A DNA stretch of 64,000 nt from an uncultured Verrucomicrobiae bacterium (GCA_963735805.1 CAVTMK010000002.1:96001-160000); one strand, 5' to 3'; shown: positions 1 through 10,365, numbered from the stretch's first letter. Made by a program: numbers and translations. Notes: generated by a model not told the origin, from the letters alone.

Positions 1-93
1 TTGTTTATCGACCCGCCACCACGGATTAAAGACCGCACCCGGTGGCGAGTGTTTCAACAACCCGATGAACTTCTCGATCGGCTCCATCGACAT
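1..93 (-). CDS. 5' end (runs off window) of a probable uracil-DNA glycosylase-like protein
   Basis: Manual translation MSMEPIEKFIGLLKHSPPGAVFNPWWRVDKQ. The VFNPW..D N-terminal motif resembles UDG-superfamily proteins. Divergent from fpg. Confidence 0.45.
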   Translation of the reverse strand, partial: MSMEPIEKFIGLLKHSPPGAVFNPWWRVDKQ

Positions 94-181
94 AAAATTC
101 CGAGAGCTCCAAATCCCATCATGCAATATCCACGTCCAGCACAAGGTCGCTGATTGCCGGAATTAGTCGTATCTAACGCCG

Positions 182-979
182 ATGCCCGAGTTGCCTGAGG
201 TTGAAATATTCAAACGGTACTTTGATGCTACCTCATTGCATCAGCGCATCGACGATGTCGATGTGCGAAAGACATATATTCTGAAGGGGACTTCAGCACG
301 AGAGCTTGCGCGCGAATTGAAAGGCCGCCGCTTTGAATCAAGTCGCCGCCATGGCAAACATCTATTTGTTCGCGCCGGTGGCGGGATCTGGTTACGCCTC
401 CACTTCGGAATGACCGGCTCGCTGCACTATTTTAAAAAAAACGAACAAGCGCCGCGACATACGCGTGTCCTCTTTGTTTTCGCTAACAACCATTGTCTGG
501 CGTTCGAAGATCAGCGCCAGTTCGGCCAGGTCGGATTGGTTAGAGATGTCGATAAATTTCTGAAAAGGCGCGTACCGGGCCCGGATGCACTTGAGATCGA
601 TCTCGGCGAATTCAAAAAAATAATGGGGAAACATCGCGGCGCTGTGAAGTCGATCTTGATGAACCAGCGCCTGATCGCGGGCATTGGCAATATTTACGCG
701 GACGAAATTCTTTTCCGCGTACGCATGCATCCGGCGACAGAAATATCTCGCCTGGGCGGCAAAGCTCTCACAAAACTCTTCCAGGCCACGCATTACATTT
801 TGGAGAGAGCGATCGCGGACAGGGCTGATGTGAACGAAGTGCCCAAATCGTGGCTTCTGCCGCATCGCGGAACACACGGAACATGTCCTCGGTGCGGACG
901 CGAGTTGAAATCGTCGAGGATCGGCGGCCGCACCGCGTGGTTTTGTCCGCATTGTCAGAAGCGCCTATCCAAAAGTTAG
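182..979 (+). CDS. mutM: Formamidopyrimidine-DNA glycosylase (Fpg/Nei family)
   Basis: N-terminal PELPEVE, HFGMTG, H2TH motif GIGNIYADE, C-terminal zinc finger CPRCG...CPHCQ. Confidence 0.93.
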   Translation: MPELPEVEIFKRYFDATSLHQRIDDVDVRKTYILKGTSARELARELKGRRFESSRRHGKHLFVRAGGGIWLRLHFGMTGSLHYFKKNEQAPRHTRVLFVFANNHCLAFEDQRQFGQVGLVRDVDKFLKRRVPGPDALEIDLGEFKKIMGKHRGAVKSILMNQRLIAGIGNIYADEILFRVRMHPATEISRLGGKALTKLFQATHYILERAIADRADVNEVPKSWLLPHRGTHGTCPRCGRELKSSRIGGRTAWFCPHCQKRLSKS

Positions 980-1139
980 GCTTGTAGTCTGTCGCCCGGC
1001 ACGCTCGCTGCCATGAGCCTGCCATGTAACGCCACCGTTACATCACTGCCATTTTCGTAACCGAATTATCACAAACGTCACGTTTACTTTGGTCGCGCGA
1101 GCGCGGAAAACATGAAAATCCACAACAGCTTAAAATACC

Positions 1140-2645
1140 ATGAACAAACAACTCCGTATCACTCGCCCAAACGACAATAATTACCTAAACAACGCAGCGG
1201 CATTCCCCGGTTTCGTGCTCGGAACAATCCGCCGACGAAGGGCCGCAATCCTCGCTAGCGTAGCAACCGCGGTTTTATTTGCCGCGCAAACGTCTCCAGC
1301 ACATCCGCCTCAAGGAATTGGAACTGTTTTCGTAATCGCGATGGAGAATCACAACTTCACGCAACCGCCCACGCAGATGAATCCGCAGCCGATCTTGGGC
1401 AATCCCGCCGCGCCGTTTATGAACAGCCTCATCACGCCGGGCAACCCGAACGCGGCGCAGGTTTCGTATGCCACGGCTTACTTCAACGCGGGCACTGGCG
1501 TTCATCCGTCCGAACCCAGTTACGTCTGGGCTGAAGCGGGGTCCGATTTCGGTGTTCACACCGACGCCGACCCCAATCCGGCCATCAATGTTTATGACGT
1601 TCCGCATTTGACCAGGCAGTTGAATGCTGCCGGTATTCCGTGGAAGAACTACCAGGAAGACGTTCAATTTGCGGCCAGCGCGATTCACAGCGCATCCGGG
1701 ACGAGCCCGACATTCATCAATCCTTATTACGGTACTGGCCAGTTCAATTACGCCGTGAAGCATAACCCGATGGCGTTCTTTGCCGACACGCAGCTCCAAA
1801 ATGTTTATCCGCTCGCGCAGTTATTCGACGACCTGGACAACAATGCAATCGGGCAATACAACTGGATCACTCCCAACCAATTTAACGATGCGCACAGCGC
1901 GCTGAGTGGTGGGTTTACTTATGGGGGCACGCATTACACCGGCGACCAGGCCGGCATCGCGCAAGGTGACAACTTCCTTTCAATCGTCGTTCCACAAATC
2001 ATGGCTTCGCCTGCATATCAAAACAACGGCGTGATCATCATTTGGTGGGACGAAACCGAAGGTGGCGACGACGCCAGCCGCACGATCCCTGAATTCGTCA
2101 TCTCGCCGTTGGCCAAGGGCAACGCTTATGCCAGCTCAGTGGTGTTCAGTCATTCTTCCGACCTCAAAACGATGGAAGAGATTTTCGGCCTGCCAAGCGT
2201 CAACAATCCCATTCCGACCGGCGAGACGAATAACTTCGGCGGTTTTAACAACGTCGCGACTGCAAATGACTTTAGCGACCTGTTTGTGCCTGGTGCGATC
2301 CCAGCTGCAGCAAGCGTATCGGTGACTGGCGAAGGGTTCGTGTTCCACCGTAACACCCAAACGTATTCCCAGGTGGTGCACATCAGGAACGACGGGACTT
2401 CGTCGATACCTGAGCCGTTGTGGCTGGCGCTGGATAATTTGGGCGCCAACGCCGCGCTATCCAATGCGGATGGAACGACCGCCGTGCTCGCGCCACTCGG
2501 CAGCCCTTATTTGAGCGTTCCAGTGGGTGGTGACGGCATTCTCCATCCTCACGAAGTCAAGACGGTGCACCTGGAGTTCTTCAACCCGAGCGGCGACCCA
2601 ATTACGTACGCCACGCGCGTCCTGGACGTCACGCCAGCGCCGTGA
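1140..2645 (+). CDS. Secreted phosphoesterase (acid phosphatase/phospholipase C-like) with extra C-terminal beta domain
   Basis: VFVIAMENH, HPSEPSY, YAVKHNP, WITPNQFNDAH, IIWWDE, SHSSDLKT motifs; RR-containing signal-like N-terminus. Confidence 0.8.
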   Translation: MNKQLRITRPNDNNYLNNAAAFPGFVLGTIRRRRAAILASVATAVLFAAQTSPAHPPQGIGTVFVIAMENHNFTQPPTQMNPQPILGNPAAPFMNSLITPGNPNAAQVSYATAYFNAGTGVHPSEPSYVWAEAGSDFGVHTDADPNPAINVYDVPHLTRQLNAAGIPWKNYQEDVQFAASAIHSASGTSPTFINPYYGTGQFNYAVKHNPMAFFADTQLQNVYPLAQLFDDLDNNAIGQYNWITPNQFNDAHSALSGGFTYGGTHYTGDQAGIAQGDNFLSIVVPQIMASPAYQNNGVIIIWWDETEGGDDASRTIPEFVISPLAKGNAYASSVVFSHSSDLKTMEEIFGLPSVNNPIPTGETNNFGGFNNVATANDFSDLFVPGAIPAAASVSVTGEGFVFHRNTQTYSQVVHIRNDGTSSIPEPLWLALDNLGANAALSNADGTTAVLAPLGSPYLSVPVGGDGILHPHEVKTVHLEFFNPSGDPITYATRVLDVTPAP

Positions 2646-2674
2646 TTTAGGACTCGACTTCAAATTGCCATCGG

Positions 2675-2708
2675 GACAAGCGGCCTTCGGGAACGGAGGC
2701 CGCTTGTC
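2675..2708. terminator. Strong hairpin between convergent genes, probable terminator
   Basis: gacaagcggccttc...ggaggccgcttgtc inverted repeat. Confidence 0.6.
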
Positions 2709-2894
2709 GTTTCGGAAATTTGAACCTTGGTTGTGTAGCGGCTGCTTGATCGTTAGACATTCGATCACTTCGGAAGCGGACCGCGATTTGTGACGAAACT
2801 CGATTTTGACGTATGCTGTTCCAACGGTTCAGGATGGAACTGACGACCCGGCACAATGGTGTTTTGCGTGTCAGCCAGGGCCGTCTGACATTCG

Positions 2895-4688
2895 TTACAC
2901 CATCGGTCGGAAACGACCGACCACTTCCTGCAGGCGGCCAGTGATTTGGCCTAACGAACAGACTTCCGCCGCTTCGAGCAACATTGGGAAACAATTCTCA
3001 CCGCGTTCGACAAATCTTGCCAGTCTGTCCAATGCGCCCTTGGCTTTCTCGGCATTTTTCTTTTTGAATTTCGCAAGTCGATCAACCTGCAGCTGCTGTT
3101 TTTTCCGTGGGGTGCGCACCAGTTTAACCTCTGGTATGCCTTCGTCGCCGTCGCGATAACGGTTGAGCCCGATGATCGGGCGCGTCCCATTGTAAATTTG
3201 CTGCTCGTAACGATGTGCAGCGTTCTGAATCTGGCTGCGTTGATAACGGTCTTCCACCGCCGCCAGCACGCCACCCAGGCGCTCGATCTCGCGGAATTCA
3301 TTGAGAATTGCCGCTTCTACCGAGCGCTCGACAGCTTTCATCCCGGGTGAACCGCTCAACATGTTCATGGTATGTTTGAAAATGCCGGATTCCTCTAGCA
3401 GGATCGCCTGCCCATGTGCGGCAAGGCGAATCCACTCTTCACTCGGCGTTGTAAACGGTTCGTCTGCGCTGTTGGAATGGGACGAATTCGTCGCGTTCAT
3501 GTAAGCGAGCATTAATTCCGCTGCAGTGCGGGTGAGATTATTTTTGAATTCCGCTGCGATAAGCGAGCGACCGCTGGTCTGAGTGTGCAATTTGAAAAGT
3601 TGCCCTCGTGATCCTGCGCCAAACACATCGCGCATTCCGATTGCCCAAATGCGCCGTGATACACGAGCCAGCGCGATATATTCGACGTCGAGACCGCAAT
3701 CGAGAAAGAACGAGAGGCGCGGCCCGAATTGATCGACCGGGATTCCCCGCGCTGCGAACATCTCCGCGTATGCGAAACCATTCGACAGCGTATAAGCGGC
3801 CTGTTGCACCGGCGTCGAACCCGCTTCGCCGATGTGGTAACCGCTGATAGAAATCGGATACCAGCGCGGCATTTCGCGCGTGGTGAACTCAACCATGTCG
3901 GTAAGAAAACGCAGGGAGGCCTCGATTGGGAATATCGTTTCGTTTTGCGCCTGGACTTCCTTAAAGATGTCAGCCTGGATTGTCCCGCGCAGTTGGGGAA
4001 CCACTTTCGGGCCGAACCTGCGCTTCGCCGCAGCGATGTACATTGCCATGATGATCGGCGCCGGACCGCTGATGGTCATCGACGCGGAAAAATTAGGAGA
4101 GCCCAGATTAAAACCATCGTAAAGCCGGACCATGTCTTCGACCGTGTCGATTGCCACGCCGCCCTCGCCGATTTTGCCGAAGACGCCATCAGCATCGCTG
4201 TCGATGCCGTAAAGGGTAGGCCCGTCGAACGCAGTGCTGAGTCGATGAGTGCGTTGATGCGCTGTGAGAAAATGGAATCGCTCGTTCGTATCCTCCGCGA
4301 GCATTAAACCGGAAAACAAGCGCGTCGGCTCCTCCGTTTGCGGCACTTTTTTGTCGATCTTGCCGTTCTTTTCTAGGCTCTCGACTTCACGGACCGGTTC
4401 GAGATACATTTCGCGATAGGCACCGTTGAGGTAAGGAAATTCGCCCGGCAATCCTTCGCCAAACAAATAGCGCGCGATTTCGCCGGGCTCATCGATTTCA
4501 GGCAACGCCAAACGTGGCAGCGCCAAGCCGGTCGGCGCGCGCGAGACCGGAATCTTGGCTTTGATGTCGTTCCAGCGACCCAGCAGGTCGCGCCCGAATC
4601 GTTCATCAGAGCGCGCGCGCTTTACCTGATCGAGAACGAATTTGTTGTACTTCTCAATCGACTCAACGACTTGTCCCAGTTTGCTCAT
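2895..4688 (-). CDS. Acyl-CoA mutase substrate-binding subunit, IcmF-like (isobutyryl-CoA mutase type)
   Basis: EEPTRLFSG, RLSTAFDGPTLYG, LRGTIQADIFKE, ISISGYHIGEAG, KLHTQTSGRSL. Confidence 0.88.
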   Translation of the reverse strand: MSKLGQVVESIEKYNKFVLDQVKRARSDERFGRDLLGRWNDIKAKIPVSRAPTGLALPRLALPEIDEPGEIARYLFGEGLPGEFPYLNGAYREMYLEPVREVESLEKNGKIDKKVPQTEEPTRLFSGLMLAEDTNERFHFLTAHQRTHRLSTAFDGPTLYGIDSDADGVFGKIGEGGVAIDTVEDMVRLYDGFNLGSPNFSASMTISGPAPIIMAMYIAAAKRRFGPKVVPQLRGTIQADIFKEVQAQNETIFPIEASLRFLTDMVEFTTREMPRWYPISISGYHIGEAGSTPVQQAAYTLSNGFAYAEMFAARGIPVDQFGPRLSFFLDCGLDVEYIALARVSRRIWAIGMRDVFGAGSRGQLFKLHTQTSGRSLIAAEFKNNLTRTAAELMLAYMNATNSSHSNSADEPFTTPSEEWIRLAAHGQAILLEESGIFKHTMNMLSGSPGMKAVERSVEAAILNEFREIERLGGVLAAVEDRYQRSQIQNAAHRYEQQIYNGTRPIIGLNRYRDGDEGIPEVKLVRTPRKKQQLQVDRLAKFKKKNAEKAKGALDRLARFVERGENCFPMLLEAAEVCSLGQITGRLQEVVGRFRPMV

Positions 4689-4707
4689 AATTCCACTTTT
4701 ACATTTC

Positions 4708-4794
4708 TGTCATTCCGAGCGAAGTCGAGGAATCTCTAATTGTGTCCTCACATTCGAATTATCAAGAGATGTCTCGACTTCGCTCGACACGACA
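4708..4794. repeat. REP/MITE-like palindromic element, family A
   Basis: tgtcattccgagcgaagtcgaggaatctct...agagatgtctcgacttcgctcgacacgaca; related copies at 12176, 34273 and 36784. Confidence 0.8.
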
Positions 4795-4801
4795 AGCCTG
4801 A

Positions 4802-5953
4802 TCATCCGCTGTTCGAAATTAGCTCGAATAATTCGTCCACGCCAGAGTCGCGATGCCGTTTTGCAACGGTATCGATCAGGCGCTGATTACGCCGGTTTTG
4901 TTCCAGTCGTTGTTCGATCTCGCTATGTGCGGTGCGGGCACGCTGAAGATCGCTTTTGTTGACCACCACGATGTCAGCAAGATCGAGCATCGCGATTTTT
5001 TGCAATTGCAGTCTGCTTCCGTAATCGGGATTCATCACCAATACAGTTTGATCGACGATGCCATTTTTTTGAAACGGCATTGCTTCCTGGCCGGTGCCGA
5101 CAGTTTCAATGATCACATAATCGAACGCCGATTGTGCGAGTAATGCCAAACAATCGTGCGTGGCGGGTGAAAGTCCCCCCGCCTGGCCGCGTGTCGCCAT
5201 GCTGCGCATGAAGACGCGATCATTTTGCGAATTGATCATGGTGGCCCGATCGCCGAGTAACGCTCCTTCGCCGACGACGCTCGGATCGTGCGACAAAATC
5301 GCGATCCGTCCCTTGGGATTTTGATTCAGAAAACGCAGAACTAGCTCGTCAATCAGCGTCGTCTTGCCAGCGCCACCGGGACCGGTGAAACCAATGACTT
5401 TTGCATTTCGGATTGTGGATTGCGAATTGCGCATTTTTGATTGGCGCTTGCGCGTTGAGCGTTTTCTTCCTGCCGTATAAGCGTCTTCAATCGCCGACAG
5501 CTTGTGGGCGAGCTCCTGGTCGGGCGATTTCGGACGCGACCTTTTTCCGCGCGGCTTTCCGTAGTGTTTCCGAACATAATCGATCATTTCTGCGAGTGAG
5601 GTCCCGGCAAAGAAAATGTTGTCCACGCCTTTGCGCTTCATTGCCACAGCGTCCTGGTGCGTGATTGTTCCGCCACCACCGCCAAAGACTTTGATGTCGT
5701 TGGCGCCACGCTTTCGCAAAAGAGCGATGACTTGCGCGAAGAATTCGATGTGCCCGCCATTGTAACTCGAGATGCCGATGGCGCGCACGTCCTCTTGGAT
5801 TGCGGCGCGCGCGATGTCGCCAACCGAACGATGATAGCCAAGATACACAACCTCGATGCCGTGCCGGATGAATTCCAGATTGATCGTGTTGATCGCGCTG
5901 TCGTGCCCGTCACAAATCGGGACCGCGGTTAGAATTCGTATGGGCGAAGCCAT
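4802..5953 (-). CDS. Cobalamin-binding domain fused to MeaB/ArgK-like GTPase chaperone (N-terminal half of IcmF)
   Basis: DGHDSAIN B12-binding motif, SSYNGGH, P-loop GPGGAGKTT, LLGDR, ETVGTGQ, NKSD. Confidence 0.88.
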   Translation of the reverse strand: MASPIRILTAVPICDGHDSAINTINLEFIRHGIEVVYLGYHRSVGDIARAAIQEDVRAIGISSYNGGHIEFFAQVIALLRKRGANDIKVFGGGGGTITHQDAVAMKRKGVDNIFFAGTSLAEMIDYVRKHYGKPRGKRSRPKSPDQELAHKLSAIEDAYTAGRKRSTRKRQSKMRNSQSTIRNAKVIGFTGPGGAGKTTLIDELVLRFLNQNPKGRIAILSHDPSVVGEGALLGDRATMINSQNDRVFMRSMATRGQAGGLSPATHDCLALLAQSAFDYVIIETVGTGQEAMPFQKNGIVDQTVLVMNPDYGSRLQLQKIAMLDLADIVVVNKSDLQRARTAHSEIEQRLEQNRRNQRLIDTVAKRHRDSGVDELFELISNSG

Positions 5954-6044
5954 TTCCAGTTTCTTAAGGGTAGGGTGCGATGGTCGCAAATCGGAAGAAC
6001 TTTAACGTTGAAGGGTTGAACCGTTGAAGCGTTAAATTGTTGGG

Positions 6045-6800
6045 ATGAGCGATCCATTGAATTTCACAGGCAAAGTAGTTCTTGTCACGGGTAGTTCGCG
6101 TGGAATAGGCGCGGAAATGATCGGGGCATTCGCAAAACGCGGTGCGCAATGCGTGGTGAATTATGTAGCTGATGCGCAGGGCCAAAATAAGGCCGACGCG
6201 ACGAATGTCGCGGCTGAACTCCATGAGCCGCTGGTCGTCGAATGCGATGTGACGCACCCGGCGCAGGTCGAGGCGATGATGAGGCAAATACAAGATCGGC
6301 ACGGCGGGCTCGACATTTTGGTAAACAATTCCGGGATCATTAATGATCGCACGATCAAGAAAATGTCGGTGGAGACCTTTGAGAGCGTGATCCGGGTAAA
6401 TCTCACCGGCACGTTTACGGTTACGCAAAAAGCCGGCGCGATTCTGCGGGACGGCGCCCGGATCATCAACATGTCGTCTGTCAGCGGCCAGCTTGGATTG
6501 TTCGGCCAGGCAAATTATTCGTCGAGCAAAGCGGCGATCATTGCATTTACGAAGGTTTCGGCACGGGAGTTTGCGCGTCAGAACATCACGGTGAATGCCA
6601 TCGCACCTGGCTTTATCGACGTCGGTATGAGCAAGGGCATGCCCGACGAAGTGACCCAGAACTTCATAAAGCAAATTCCGCTCGGTCGGCTTGGTGACGT
6701 AACTGAAATTGTAAACGCGGCGCTTTTTCTAGCCTCCCCGATGGCTTCATACATCACCGGACACGTCTTGAACGTGAACGGCGGCTTTTACATGGGCTGA
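6045..6800 (+). CDS. fabG: 3-oxoacyl-ACP reductase / SDR family
   Basis: TGSSRGIG, NNSG, YSSSK catalytic YxxxK, VNAIAPG. Confidence 0.8.
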   Translation: MSDPLNFTGKVVLVTGSSRGIGAEMIGAFAKRGAQCVVNYVADAQGQNKADATNVAAELHEPLVVECDVTHPAQVEAMMRQIQDRHGGLDILVNNSGIINDRTIKKMSVETFESVIRVNLTGTFTVTQKAGAILRDGARIINMSSVSGQLGLFGQANYSSSKAAIIAFTKVSAREFARQNITVNAIAPGFIDVGMSKGMPDEVTQNFIKQIPLGRLGDVTEIVNAALFLASPMASYITGHVLNVNGGFYMG

Positions 6801-6829
6801 TCCGCCTTTACCAAAATGACAGACAGGAA

Positions 6830-7069
6830 CTAGTCCAGCTTTTGCACGAGCAGCCAGACCAAGGCTGAGAGCATCGCCGCAAAAGTCGATAGCACGAATG
6901 TCGCGCGCTTCGTCTGGCGTATTTTGAAGGCCGGCTTGGGAATGTCGTCGTGAATATGACTGGCCTCGAACAGTTTCATCAGCGCAAACGCGACGATGAA
7001 ACCGACGGCAGCCCATTTCAGGCATCCCAAAAACAGGTCAAGCATCCCGGCCGATTGTAGCGCAGGCAC
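6830..7069 (-). CDS. Small two-TM hypothetical membrane protein
   Basis: Two hydrophobic segments; start uncertain. Confidence 0.4.
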   Translation of the reverse strand: MPALQSAGMLDLFLGCLKWAAVGFIVAFALMKLFEASHIHDDIPKPAFKIRQTKRATFVLSTFAAMLSALVWLLVQKLD

Positions 7070-7258
7070 CGCCTGCGCTCAACAGTGTTTAAATTTCCGC
7101 TCGGACGGTCAATGTCGATTCTTGGTGCCGACAAATTCCATCACATTTGTGATTGGGATTTGTCCGTCTAGGGCGATCCTTCTGCTTTTCCGTGTCGAAG
7201 ATGGGTAACCACTGGAAATGGTTGACTGTACTCCCGCAGTTTGGTTAGGCTCGCTCGC

Positions 7259-7867
7259 ATGACTAAAAGATTCTTTGCTCTTTTCCTCGCAATTATTCTC
7301 GCCACTGTTTGCGCTATCCAGGCTCAATCGCCCAGCCCGGCTGAATCGCCTGCAAAGCATCGCGGGCATAAGAAAGCTGAAGCCACAGCGTCAGCCAGCG
7401 AAACCGCTGCGTCACCTGCCCCTGGCGAGTCGCCTGCCGGTGCACCAAAAGCGAAGCGCAGTCACAAAAAGGCGGAGACTGGCACGGCAGCCAGCCCGGC
7501 TGAATCGCCTGCTGCGTCGCCCGCAGCTTCACCCAAGGCCAAAGGCGGTCGGAAAAAAGTGGCGGCAGCAACGAGCCCCTCACCGTCACCTGCCAAATTC
7601 TCCCTTGGTGATTTGTTTAAGCCGAAAAGTTCAGCGGCAGCGAGTCCGGCTGCAGTCAGCAGTGTCTCTACAAAGAAGGCAGGAGCGGCAGCGGCAGCTA
7701 ACCCGCCAGCACCTGGCGGAGGCCACGGTCTGGTGTGGGTTAACACAGACTCGCATGTTTTCCACAGGGAGGGATCGCGCTTTTACGGCACAACCAAGAA
7801 GGGCAAGTACATGACTGAGGCCGAGGCGCTCAAGGAAGGAGCCAGGGCTGCTGGCAAGGGCGAATAA
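7259..7867 (+). CDS. Secreted Ala/Pro/Ser/Lys-rich protein with small conserved C-terminal domain
   Basis: Signal peptide, low-complexity SPA repeats, C-terminal VWVNTDSHVFH...YGTTKKGKYMTEAEA..G. Confidence 0.75.
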   Translation: MTKRFFALFLAIILATVCAIQAQSPSPAESPAKHRGHKKAEATASASETAASPAPGESPAGAPKAKRSHKKAETGTAASPAESPAASPAASPKAKGGRKKVAAATSPSPSPAKFSLGDLFKPKSSAAASPAAVSSVSTKKAGAAAAANPPAPGGGHGLVWVNTDSHVFHREGSRFYGTTKKGKYMTEAEALKEGARAAGKGE

Positions 7868-7887
7868 ATCGGAGAAGTCAGCTGGAT

Positions 7888-7912
7888 CCGGCCCAACTCA
7901 GGCTTGGGCCGG
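7888..7912. terminator. Hairpin between convergent genes
   Basis: ccggcccaa-ctcaggc-ttgggccgg. Confidence 0.45.
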
Positions 7913-7954
7913 TGATAGTTGCGGTGCAAGCTATTCTCGCGCAGCCCTCGACGC

Positions 7955-8323
7955 TCATTGCTCCGTCAAACTTTGCAGAGCGTCAGCCAATGTTTCGAAG
8001 GTTGTGATTCCGACCTCGGGGCCATAATGGAATTGTGACAGAATGTTGAGACCAATATCTTTGTGTGGGTCAGGAATGACTCGGGTCACGGAGGCAACCC
8101 CTTTTTCAGTAAGCGCGTCCATGATCTCTGCAATGTAACGCGCTGCTGTCGAGTCCATTGATTCCAGCCAGCGAAAATCTGCGAGAACCTGGAAGCCCGG
8201 TGTAACGTCACCCAAAATGTCGCGCAATTGTTGCGCAGTCCGTTTTGCTTCTTCCGCGGTGACGTGTTGCACGGCACTAATCACCACCAGACGTTTCGAC
8301 CGATCGATCTCAACGGAATACAT
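7955..8323 (-). CDS. Hypothetical protein, possibly STAS/SpoIIAA-like fold
   Basis: Compact alpha/beta pattern, VLADFRWLESM; fold inferred. Confidence 0.55.
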   Translation of the reverse strand: MYSVEIDRSKRLVVISAVQHVTAEEAKRTAQQLRDILGDVTPGFQVLADFRWLESMDSTAARYIAEIMDALTEKGVASVTRVIPDPHKDIGLNILSQFHYGPEVGITTFETLADALQSLTEQ

Positions 8324-8410
8324 CCTTGGTGATCAATCTACGATCTACACCAGGAATGTCATTCGTAGAGATGGGGTTGCCTTCGCTCTTTTCGCTTCTT
8401 TATTTCTGTC

Positions 8411-8626
8411 GTGAGCGCGACAGATATCACTGTTTGGGTCGTTTCTGTCCTTCTCGCGCTTGGTATCGGCTGTGGCAAGTACGCGAAATGGAAAACGCGG
8501 AACAAACTCGTGCGCGAGTTAGCCGCCATGGAACCCGAACGCCGGGAAAAAGTTCTAAGCCGTATGAGTCCCGAACTCGCGATGGAAGCCCGGCAGGAAT
8601 TAATGCGGCGATTTCACATGAGCTGA
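8411..8626 (+). CDS. Small single-TM hypothetical protein
   Basis: N-terminal TM helix followed by charged helix; directly upstream of thioesterase. Confidence 0.5.
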   Translation: MSATDITVWVVSVLLALGIGCGKYAKWKTRNKLVRELAAMEPERREKVLSRMSPELAMEARQELMRRFHMS

Positions 8627-8648
8627 GTTTTCGCTCTTAGTTTCGCCT

Positions 8649-9047
8649 ATGTCCTCTGCGCGTTTCGAAATGATTACTACGGTCCAGTCAGATGATATCG
8701 ACGAGCAAAATCACGTGAACAACACCGTTTACCTTCGGTGGGTCCAGGAGGTTGCCACAGCCCATTGGCGAGCCCTGGCCAGCCCGGAAGCACAGGAGGC
8801 CATTGGCTGGGTGGTGTTGCGACATGAGATTGACTACAAAACACCAGCCACGCTCGGCGAAGAGATTGTGCTTCGAACCTGGGTCGGCAAAGCTACTCGT
8901 CTGACTTTTGAGCGATTTACAGAAATCCGATGCAATGGTGATGGCCGACTATTGTCAACGGCTCGGACTCTTTGGTGTCCGATCAGTGCACAAACCGGTC
9001 GACCGGTCCGCGTACCAGCGGATGTGCGCGTACGGTTCTCGACCTGA
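8649..9047 (+). CDS. Acyl-CoA thioesterase (4HBT/YbgC hotdog family)
   Basis: DIDEQNHVNNTVYLRW motif. Confidence 0.88.
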   Translation: MSSARFEMITTVQSDDIDEQNHVNNTVYLRWVQEVATAHWRALASPEAQEAIGWVVLRHEIDYKTPATLGEEIVLRTWVGKATRLTFERFTEIRCNGDGRLLSTARTLWCPISAQTGRPVRVPADVRVRFST

Positions 9048-9077
9048 ATTGGATTTGAAGGAGTTGATCCTTAAGCG

Positions 9078-10265
9078 TTGAGCGTTGAGCGTTGGACGTT
9101 GGAAGCTCGATCCCCTGATTCACGCCCGGTCGTCGCTTGTTATTGCGCGACATTTCTGAAGCCAGAGATGTTGCATATCTATCGGCAAATCACAGCCCTG
9201 GAGCGATGCATTCCTGTTGTGATCGCGCAGAAACGCGAACAAGACGATCGCTATCCATTTGAGCGAATCCACATCGTTCCCAAACCGGCGACGCATTTCT
9301 TGCGGCGTTTTTGGTTCAGGCAATTGCGTGACGCACCGTGGCAGATTTCGAATGGAGAACTGTGCGCATTGCAGCGCATTCTAAGCGAGATCAATGCTCG
9401 TCTGTTGCATATTTACTTTGGGCAGATTGCTGTCCATCTTCTGCCGCTGATTCGCTCTTGGAAGAAACCGTCCATCGTTTCATTTCATGGGGCCGATGTG
9501 ACAGTTGATATGCACAGGCCGGCGTATCGCGAAGCCACACAGCAAATGCTTAACGCGGTCAACCTGGTCCTGGTTCGTTCCGAATCGCTGCGGCGCGCAA
9601 TTATTGGACTTGGCTGCGACGAGAAAAAGATCGAGATCCAGCGAACCGGCATTCCGCTGGATAAGTTTCCCTTTCGCGAACGGCGCTTTCCACAAGACGG
9701 AAAATGGCGATTCGCCCAGGCCGGCCGGTTAATCGAAAAGAAAGGTTTGCCAGTTACGCTGCGCGCCTTCGCAGTTTTTCTGCGTCAATATCCCAATGCG
9801 AATCTTACGATCGCTGGGGAAGGACCGTTACTGGGCCACCTTCAAGAATTATCGCGCGAACTAAATATCGACGGTCATGTTTCGTTCACGGGTTTCATTT
9901 CGCAGGAACAACTCCGCGAAATCTATTATACGTCGCATGTTTTTTTACATCCCAGCCAGACTGGGCGTGACGGAAATCAGGAAGGCATTCCAAACTCGAT
10001 ATTGGAAGCAATGGCCAGCGGCCTTCCGGTGTTAGCTACCAGGCATGGAGGCATTCCCGAAGCAATCGAGGACCGCGTGTCTGGCCTACTCGTGCCCGAG
10101 GGTGACCATGAAAAATTGACTGCTGCGCTTCTTGATGCAGCGAAAAATCCCGAATTCCTTTCGCGGATCGCGCGCAATGGTGCCGAGACCGTTCGAAGAA
10201 ATTTCGATCTACGCGCGCAAGCACGGCGACTGGAAGAGATCTATCTGCGAATGATACAAATGTAG
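9078..10265 (+). CDS. Glycosyltransferase family 4 (WcaL-like); start uncertain
   Basis: SFHGAD, GRLIEKKG, EGIPNSILEAMASG, HGGIPE. Confidence 0.88.
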   Translation: MSVERWTLEARSPDSRPVVACYCATFLKPEMLHIYRQITALERCIPVVIAQKREQDDRYPFERIHIVPKPATHFLRRFWFRQLRDAPWQISNGELCALQRILSEINARLLHIYFGQIAVHLLPLIRSWKKPSIVSFHGADVTVDMHRPAYREATQQMLNAVNLVLVRSESLRRAIIGLGCDEKKIEIQRTGIPLDKFPFRERRFPQDGKWRFAQAGRLIEKKGLPVTLRAFAVFLRQYPNANLTIAGEGPLLGHLQELSRELNIDGHVSFTGFISQEQLREIYYTSHVFLHPSQTGRDGNQEGIPNSILEAMASGLPVLATRHGGIPEAIEDRVSGLLVPEGDHEKLTAALLDAAKNPEFLSRIARNGAETVRRNFDLRAQARRLEEIYLRMIQM

Positions 10266-10365
10266 GTCCGATTTGTCTGGAGTGCTGAGATCGCGCGCTC
10301 CTTGCAAAGGTTTTGGTGTATTGATGCGACTGGACTTATCCTGCCACGCGAAATAGAGATCTAAT

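Noticed and set aside
5953..6045. Cobalamin riboswitch upstream of the B12 mutase genes
   Set aside because: The intergenic space is ~90 nt and filled by a gttgaa-type short repeat; no B12-box seen.
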